From: Candidatus Carthagonibacter metallireducens
GTDB lineage: Bacteria > Gemmatimonadota > Gemmatimonadetes > Palauibacterales > Palauibacteraceae
Reading direction: 5' to 3'
NCBI GenBank assembly: GCA_023554445.1
Contig: JAMJQQ010000124.1
Coordinates: forward strand, 14,419-78,418
DNA: 64,000 nucleotides
Under the pieces are notes generated by a model, which had not been told where the DNA came from, did no database searches, and saw only the letters and a list, made by a program, of their open reading frames with translations. This document shows, piece by piece, positions 59,919-64,000 of the stretch. The translations under genes were made by a program, and so were the position numbers. Position 1 is the first letter of the stretch. The number at the start of each line of letters is the position of its first letter.

Positions 59919-60482
59919 TCAGTGGCCGAACGACGCGGACGCCTGGACCCAGGAGCCGGATTCCAGGATCACGGTCGGATGCACGTGTGAGCGGGGCTGC
60001 CAGACCACGGCGCCGGACTCCAGGATGCGAGCCTGGCCGGCTGCTGCTTCGACGAAATGGCCTCTTCGGAACAGGCTCGGGACCTCTTCGTCCACCGGCG
60101 GCGGAACGTAAGCGGCCACGGGATCGAGCTGCATCTCCACCGGAACCGATGCCGCGAAGGGAAGCCAGAACAGGGCCAGTATCCCGACCGCGGCTACGCC
60201 GACTAGCGCAGCGGCCCCGGCGAACCTGTGCGCCGGCATGTCGCCGAGTCCCTCGTCGATGTTGTAGAGGCGGTGCTGCAGGCGGGGCATGAAGTCGTCG
60301 TGGGGCTCTGCCGAAGGCAACTGGGCGAGAAGATCACCAGCCGCTCGCAACACCCTGTCGTAGCGGGCACAGCAGGGGCAGGCCGCGACGTGTTCGCGAA
60401 ACTCCGCCTCCCGGTCGGGCGTGAGCACGCCGTCGCGGTACTCGGAGTATTCCTGAATGAATCGATCACAATCGCAGTGCAT
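59919..60482 (-). CDS. Zinc-binding (zf-HC2) transmembrane anti-sigma factor
   Basis: HVAACPCC (HxxxCxxC), single TM; downstream of ECF sigma. Confidence 0.85.
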   Translation of the reverse strand: MHCDCDRFIQEYSEYRDGVLTPDREAEFREHVAACPCCARYDRVLRAAGDLLAQLPSAEPHDDFMPRLQHRLYNIDEGLGDMPAHRFAGAAALVGVAAVGILALFWLPFAASVPVEMQLDPVAAYVPPPVDEEVPSLFRRGHFVEAAAGQARILESGAVVWQPRSHVHPTVILESGSWVQASASFGH

Positions 60483-60573
60483 TGTTCCGTTCGACCGCGG
60501 CCGGAGCCGCTCCGTGCTTCGAGTCCCGTGGTTCGCGCCCGAGCCTCCGGGCGCACTTTCGTTCGTGGCTGTG

Positions 60574-60600
60574 ATACCGGACTGAGGAAAGCGGGTTCCC
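60574..60600 (-). promoter_or_regulatory. Putative ECF promoter of anti-sigma gene
   Basis: GGGAAC-N16-GGTAT. Confidence 0.4.
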
Positions 60601-60629
60601 GGGCAGCGGGGCACTTCGTTCCGGATGCA

Positions 60630-60655
60630 CGAAGGCGGCCCGGAGGCCGCCTTCG
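60630..60655. terminator. 11-bp perfect hairpin between sigma and anti-sigma genes
   Basis: CGAAGGCGGCC-CGGA-GGCCGCCTTCG; no U-tract on coding strand, so may be a stability or pause element. Confidence 0.55.
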
Positions 60656-60684
60656 GTATTGTGTGTCCGGTGCGCCTCGCGCGG

Positions 60685-61326
60685 TCAGTCGAGCATCGGC
60701 CCGATGATCTGCGCGAACTTGTTCCGCGCCCGGTTCAGGCGTGACTTCACCGTTCCGAGTGTCACCCCGGTGATCTCGGAGATCTCCTCGTAGGTCTTGC
60801 CTTCCATCTCGCGCAGGACGAACACGACGCGGTGATGCTCGGGAAGCTCGGCGACCGCCTGCTCCACCTGCTCGCGGAGGTGCCGCTTCCGGAACAGGTC
60901 GTCCGGCGAATAGGAGTTGTCCTCCCACTGGAGAGGCCTGTGGTCGGCTTCCCAGTTCTTCTTGATCGCCTGGAAGAGCACCATCGGATTCCGCGAACGG
61001 TTCCTGAGCTCGTTTTTGGCGAGATTGCTGGCGATCGTGTAGATCCAGGTCGAGAACTTTTTGGTCGGGTCGAAACGGTGCAGGTGACGGTACACCCGCA
61101 CGAACGTCTCCTGAACCAGGTCCTCAGCACGATCCCGATCGCCGATGGTCCGATAGATGAAGTTCAGCAGCCGCAAATGGTAGCGATCCGCGAGCTCATG
61201 GAACGCACGCCTCCGGCCTCCGAGATACTCGGCGACCAGTGCCGCGTCGTCCAGCGCCTTCAAATCGACGGACTCGCTGCCGACAGCGGGCTGCGTAGTG
61301 GTCTTTTCCAGCCGGATTCCCGTCAT
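60685..61326 (-). CDS. ECF RNA polymerase sigma factor (RpoE/SigW-like)
   Basis: AEDLVQETF, FSTWIY.IA.N, YEEI..I.G...GTVKSRLNRAR; AAGGAG RBS. Confidence 0.95.
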   Translation of the reverse strand: MTGIRLEKTTTQPAVGSESVDLKALDDAALVAEYLGGRRRAFHELADRYHLRLLNFIYRTIGDRDRAEDLVQETFVRVYRHLHRFDPTKKFSTWIYTIASNLAKNELRNRSRNPMVLFQAIKKNWEADHRPLQWEDNSYSPDDLFRKRHLREQVEQAVAELPEHHRVVFVLREMEGKTYEEISEITGVTLGTVKSRLNRARNKFAQIIGPMLD

Positions 61327-61442
61327 CTCAGCTCCTTATCGACCGGATCGCTGGCGATCCGGCAATCACCGACGTTCTCCCGTCCACTCGACCCGGACGG
61401 CGTCGTCGAACTCGAACGCTTCCACAGCAGGGCGTACGACAT
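61323..61442 (-). CDS. Putative 39-aa bridging/leader ORF
   Basis: ATG overlaps Nudix stop (TGATG) and its TGA overlaps sigma ATG (ATGA); MSYALLWKRSSSTTPSGSSGRENVGDCRIASDPVDKELR. Confidence 0.35.
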   Translation of the reverse strand: MSYALLWKRSSSTTPSGSSGRENVGDCRIASDPVDKELR

Positions 61443-62077
61443 CAACTGGAGCTCGATCCTGTCCCCGTATCTAGGACACTCGATCGGCCCGGACCGTTGC
61501 CTCGCCCGCCGCGATCGGATTCGCCGATCAGGCGATCCGCCAGCAGCAGGGCGATCATCGTCTTCGCATCGTCGATCTCGCCCGAATCCACCCGCTCCAA
61601 TGCTTCGCGGAGCGTCATCTCGTGTCGCTCGATGAACTCGTGAGCCTCGAGCGATTCCTCTCCCTCTTCGAGGCCCATGGCCAGGAAGAGGTGAATCCGT
61701 TCGTCCGTAAACCCGGGTGTCGTCCAGATCGTCGTCAACGGCACGAGCTCCGCCGCCCGGATGCCCGTCTCCTCTTCCAGCTCGCGAGCAGCGCAAGACT
61801 CCGCTGTCTCCCCTTCGTCCAGCTTTCCCGCCGGCAACTCCCAGAGTCGCCCCCCGGCGGCATGGCGGTGCTGCCGGATCAGGACGACCGCCGGCCCCGG
61901 GCCCCGCGGCCACTCGCCCGCTCGAAAGACGGGCAGCGCCGCCGCGGCTCCGCGGTGACGGACGATCTCCAGCTCTCCTTCGCTGCCGTCGGGAAAGCGG
62001 ACTCTCTCGACGTTCAGATCGAGCACCCGCCCCCGGAACACGGAACGACTCTCGATCGTTCCCGATTCGTCTCGCAA
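61442..62077 (-). CDS. Nudix hydrolase (ADP-ribose pyrophosphatase-like)
   Basis: ELPAGKLD.GE....AARELEEETG Nudix box; TPGFTDE; DAKT. Start uncertain (TTG 62077). Confidence 0.9.
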   Translation of the reverse strand: MRDESGTIESRSVFRGRVLDLNVERVRFPDGSEGELEIVRHRGAAAALPVFRAGEWPRGPGPAVVLIRQHRHAAGGRLWELPAGKLDEGETAESCAARELEEETGIRAAELVPLTTIWTTPGFTDERIHLFLAMGLEEGEESLEAHEFIERHEMTLREALERVDSGEIDDAKTMIALLLADRLIGESDRGGRGNGPGRSSVLDTGTGSSSS

Positions 62078-62147
62078 GGGCCGTTGTCCGCTGTCTGATC
62101 GTATGACGGAAGTCGAGGCGGAAAGGTAACCGAAAAAGCCCCGAAGC

Positions 62148-63503
62148 TCAAGGCTCCGGTCGGTCCCGAACCGAACCCAGGGACGCCAGGTCTTCCCTGA
62201 TTCGGGTCGCATCTCCCACTGCAACCAGCGTCAACTTCTTTCGGTCCAGGTACTTCGTGGCGACCCGGACCACGTCCTCCTTCTCTACCGCCCTGACCCG
62301 CGCGGGCAGTGTCTCCCACCAGTCCGCCGGAAGCCCGTAGCCGACGCGCTCCGCCTCCTTTGCAGCCACCTGGCTGGTCGTTTCGAATTGGCGCGGAAGC
62401 GAGAGGATGAGGGCGTTCCTGGCGAGCTCCAGCTCCTCGTCGGAAGGAGGCCGCTCCTGCATGCTCGCGATCTCGGCCAGCGTTTCCTCGAAGGCCCGGA
62501 CGGTGACGGGAGTATCCACGGCTGCCCGGGCGACGAATGGACCCGGCGCCCGGCGCAGAGAGAAGCCCGAGCGCGCTCCGTATGTCCACCCTTTGTCTTC
62601 GCGGAGATTCAAATTGAGCCGCGAGTTGAACAGCCCACCGAGAATCGCGTTCATCACCAGCACGGGAACCTCGTCTTCGTGGCCACGCGCCAGTCCCACC
62701 GTTCCGACACGAATCTCCGACTGCTCGCTGCCCGGTCGATCGACGAGGATCACATCGCCCGCGGCGACTGCCGGCCCCTTGAAAGCCTCGACAGCGCCCG
62801 GGCGCTCTCCGAGCGGCCAGTCTTCGAATCGGCTCTCGAGTCGACCGGCGAAGCGTTCGGGGTCGACATCGCCCGCGGCGACCAGGAACGCCTCTCCCGG
62901 CCGGTAGGAGCTTCGCCAGAACGAATCCACTTCCGTCCGGTGCAGCGTCTCGAGCGTCGCGAGCTGGCCCCTGACCGAGCGCCCGTACGGATGAGACCCG
63001 AATATCGCCTCGGAGAGAGCCTCTCCGGCCAGCTCTACCGGTTCATCGGCGCTCCGCCGCACCTCGTCCATGCGCTCGGCGCGGACGCGGGCGATCTCGT
63101 CTTCGGGGAAATCCGGGGCGAGGAGCACCGTGGACAGATAATCGAGAGCATCTTCCAACGTGTCCGACAGACTGTGGAGTGAGAAACGGGCCGAATCGTA
63201 ACCCACGCCGCTTCCCACCGATGCGCCCATGTGGTCGAGCCACTCCGCGAGCTCCATCGCGGTGCGTCCTCCGGCACCGGCCTGGACGACGCGCGCGGTC
63301 AGAGCCGCGACGCCGGCTCTGGCTGCAGGCTCGGCAGCCGATCCGGCATCCAGCACCAGACGGATCGCGACCTCCGGGAGCCTCTCGACCCGCGCGACAC
63401 GCACCCGAAAATCTCTCGCGAGTCTGAAATCCAGGAACTCGGGCATCGCCGGAGGTGGCGTGGCCCGCGATCGAGGCGGCGTCTTCCGGTCCGCAACGGC
63501 CAT
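62148..63503 (-). CDS. M16 (pitrilysin) family peptidase, non-catalytic subunit
   Basis: Lacks HxxEH; has SRLNLNLREDKGWTYG, HPYGR. Confidence 0.88.
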   Translation of the reverse strand: MAVADRKTPPRSRATPPPAMPEFLDFRLARDFRVRVARVERLPEVAIRLVLDAGSAAEPAARAGVAALTARVVQAGAGGRTAMELAEWLDHMGASVGSGVGYDSARFSLHSLSDTLEDALDYLSTVLLAPDFPEDEIARVRAERMDEVRRSADEPVELAGEALSEAIFGSHPYGRSVRGQLATLETLHRTEVDSFWRSSYRPGEAFLVAAGDVDPERFAGRLESRFEDWPLGERPGAVEAFKGPAVAAGDVILVDRPGSEQSEIRVGTVGLARGHEDEVPVLVMNAILGGLFNSRLNLNLREDKGWTYGARSGFSLRRAPGPFVARAAVDTPVTVRAFEETLAEIASMQERPPSDEELELARNALILSLPRQFETTSQVAAKEAERVGYGLPADWWETLPARVRAVEKEDVVRVATKYLDRKKLTLVAVGDATRIREDLASLGSVRDRPEP

Positions 63504-63504
63504 T

Positions 63505-64000
63505 TCAGCCCTCCGTCCGGGGAATGACGTGCACGGCAGTCCGCCGGGAGGGATCGAGGATCGAGGCGGCGGCCGCCGCCACTTCGGCGCCGGAAATCGA
63601 CTCGTACCGCGCTCCGACCTGGTTGAGATAATCCGGATCGCCGCGCAGGACGGCAGCATGGGCCAGGAGGTCGGCCCGGCGGGTCACGGAGTCGAGTTGC
63701 CGCAACAACTGTCGGCGCGCCCGGTTTCTCGCGCCTTCGATTTCGTGTTCCGTGGGGCCGTCGGCTCGCAACGGCTCGAGCACCTCCGAGATGGCGGATT
63801 CCAGTTCACGGGCCTCGACGCCCGGTCGGCCTGTGGCTACCACCCAGAGCATCCCGGCAGACTCGGTGGGCCAGACGAAGGCGCTCACATCAGCCGCGAT
63901 TCGGGCGTCGTAGACGAGCGACCGGTAGAGGCGCGAACTCTTGCCTTCGGAGAGGAGCGAACACAGGACATCGGCCGGCTCGAATTCCGGATCGGGAAAT
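63505..64000 (-). CDS. M16 family peptidase, C-terminal part (runs off window)
   Basis: Frame open to edge: ...LLSEGKSSRLYRSLVYD...; tandem with second M16 gene. Confidence 0.85.
   Translation of the reverse strand, partial: FPDPEFEPADVLCSLLSEGKSSRLYRSLVYDARIAADVSAFVWPTESAGMLWVVATGRPGVEARELESAISEVLEPLRADGPTEHEIEGARNRARRQLLRQLDSVTRRADLLAHAAVLRGDPDYLNQVGARYESISGAEVAAAAASILDPSRRTAVHVIPRTEG

Noticed and set aside
62148-63503. M16 peptidase lacking HxxEH as a pseudogene
   Set aside because: Normal non-catalytic partner of heterodimeric M16B pairs.

Overview
High-GC bacterial window; gene order and protein variants suggest Gemmatimonadota, which is an inference only. It has two parts. (1) 1-~8230 is the decaying right end of an accessory island. 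It holds a TetR-led cassette (DUF1254/DUF1214 gene with an in-frame TAG, lipoprotein esterase, outer-membrane barrel), a CASTOR/POLLUX-like channel and hicAB. Two 5'-truncated genes meet back-to-back at ~7806 (a DUF1566 gene and the tail of a DUF499-type defence ATPase). The island ends with a tandem 12-bp repeat, a terminator and only the 5' half of a tRNA-Lys(UUU). (2) ~8330-64000 is an almost all minus-strand core region: rnhB, rplS, trmD, rimM, rpsP, ffh, purA, pilT-like, trpS, suhB, queE, a pspA module, uvrA, lysA, tamB/tamA, lgt, tsaD, rsmB, thiG, fmt, def, yajC, tgt, queA, ruvBAC, yebC, EF-G2, rhomboid, ddl, mutS, holA, an ECF sigma/anti-sigma pair, a Nudix hydrolase and M16 peptidases. 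The best leads are an attenuator-like ffh leader with a GNRA hairpin, a shared ECF-type promoter motif upstream of four loci, a TenI/ThiE-like-ThiS fusion, a 39-codon ORF coupled at both ends ahead of the sigma factor, an EF-G2 with a degenerate G4 motif and the half-tRNA junction. I found no complete, clearly novel multi-gene system. Family calls come from motif recognition without database searches.
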